This document shows positions 63,121-64,000 of a stretch of DNA of 64,000 bases, in pieces. Each line of letters begins with the position of its first letter. Within the stretch, counting starts at the first letter, position 1. The stretch spans positions 27,466,001 to 27,530,000 of the forward strand of contig NW_026262593.1 in assembly GCF_021869535.1 (NCBI RefSeq). The letters run 5' to 3'. Under the pieces are notes generated by a model, which did no database searches, was not told the DNA's origin, and saw only the letters and a list, made by a program, of their open reading frames with translations. Source of the stretch: Mytilus californianus. Lineage: Eukaryota. The position numbers and the translations under genes are program-made.

Positions 63121-63819
63121 TAATTATTAGTTTATTAGTATGAACAAAACAAATAATTTAAAATTATAGTTATGCATTTAATTATTTTTAATACTATAAA
63201 TATTCCTTGAATATAACTCTTTAAACGACAATTTATTTTATCGGAGCAGGAAATTAGACTAAATTATTTTTAATGCAATTTTCTTAACAATAAAAGTAAT
63301 CCTCCTATGTTTTGTTGTGATGTCTAGTTGCATCTTCGAAGTGTTTTACTTTGATTTAGAAAACAATAAGTGTTCTGATATATTACCAAACTCTTTAAAA
63401 ACAAATGATGTAGTCCTCTTAACAAATAAATAGTAATCCAAATATTTGCCATATTAGCTATCAGCATCTAGGAAGTGTTGCACCTAGCTAATAATCTGAA
63501 ATGCCACCAAAGTACTTAAAAGGTATTACTTCTAAATTATCTTTTATTACAGTGTTCTTAACTACGACAGTAACATCACACTAGACATGTTTTTTGCTTG
63601 TACAATCGGATACACGTTTGCTTACCACAAGGAGAGAACAGTATACACTAACATCTGAAGAACACTGGGATTATATAAATGTGAACATGTTGAAAAATAA
63701 AAACGGTAACTGGAGAAAGCAGTATTATTTGTTAAACAAAACAAGTACATTAATATGTCAAAATATACCAAATTCATTTGTCTATAAAAGTATGTACAAA
63801 GTTCTTATAATTCTTAAGA

Positions 63820-64000
63820 CAGAAAACACAATGATCAGTTCGATTGGGGTTGTACTTACAAAAACAACAAGAGCGTGCCACATGTGGAGCAGAATCTGCT
63901 TACTCTTCTGGAGCATCTGAGATCATTCCTGTTTTTGACTGGGTTCGTGTTGTTCAGAAATTAGTTTTCTATTTAATGTTTTGTATACTGTTGTTTGTCT
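63820..64000 (+). mobile_element. PLE tail copy running off the window
   Basis: GTGCCACATGTGGAGCAGAATCTGCTTACTCTTCTGGAGCATCTGAGATC...GGGTTCGTGTTGTT. Confidence 0.8.

Noticed and set aside
1-64000. Most ORFs in the supplied track (60-108 aa)
   Set aside because: Low-complexity, F/L/I/C-rich translations of AT-rich introns and repeats; many start at TTG/GTG, which is not meaningful in an animal genome.

Overview
AT-rich, intron-containing animal genomic DNA. The repeat content looks like a mytilid bivalve (Mytilus-like); this is inferred from recalled repeat families, not from a search. Two spliced genes can be reconstructed with canonical GT-AG junctions and consistent phases, and they face each other tail to tail. 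(1) A complete 6-coding-exon, 206-aa four-transmembrane MS4A/CD20-like gene on + (14494-19145). (2) The 3' six exons of a membrane guanylate cyclase on - (47738 to 32892) with a NIT-like sensor segment, a TM helix, an S-helix and an intact catalytic domain but no kinase-homology domain (NIT-GC type); its 5' exons were not found in the window. The rest is dominated by mobile DNA: Penelope-like element (PLE) RT remnants of at least two families and about 13-15 copies of a structured PLE 3' tail, several copies of retrozyme-like elements carrying minimal type I hammerhead ribozyme motifs (two clear families, none fully intact), tRNA-derived SINEs (one with a 13-bp TSD), an RTE LINE in a three-level nested insertion, a decayed Tc1/mariner, hAT- and Kolobok-like MITEs with intact TSDs, a HINE/Helentron-like element, and local segmental duplications. 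Almost all ORFs in the supplied track are spurious or TE-derived. No rRNA, true tRNA or CRISPR array was seen. Repeat boundaries without TSDs are approximate.
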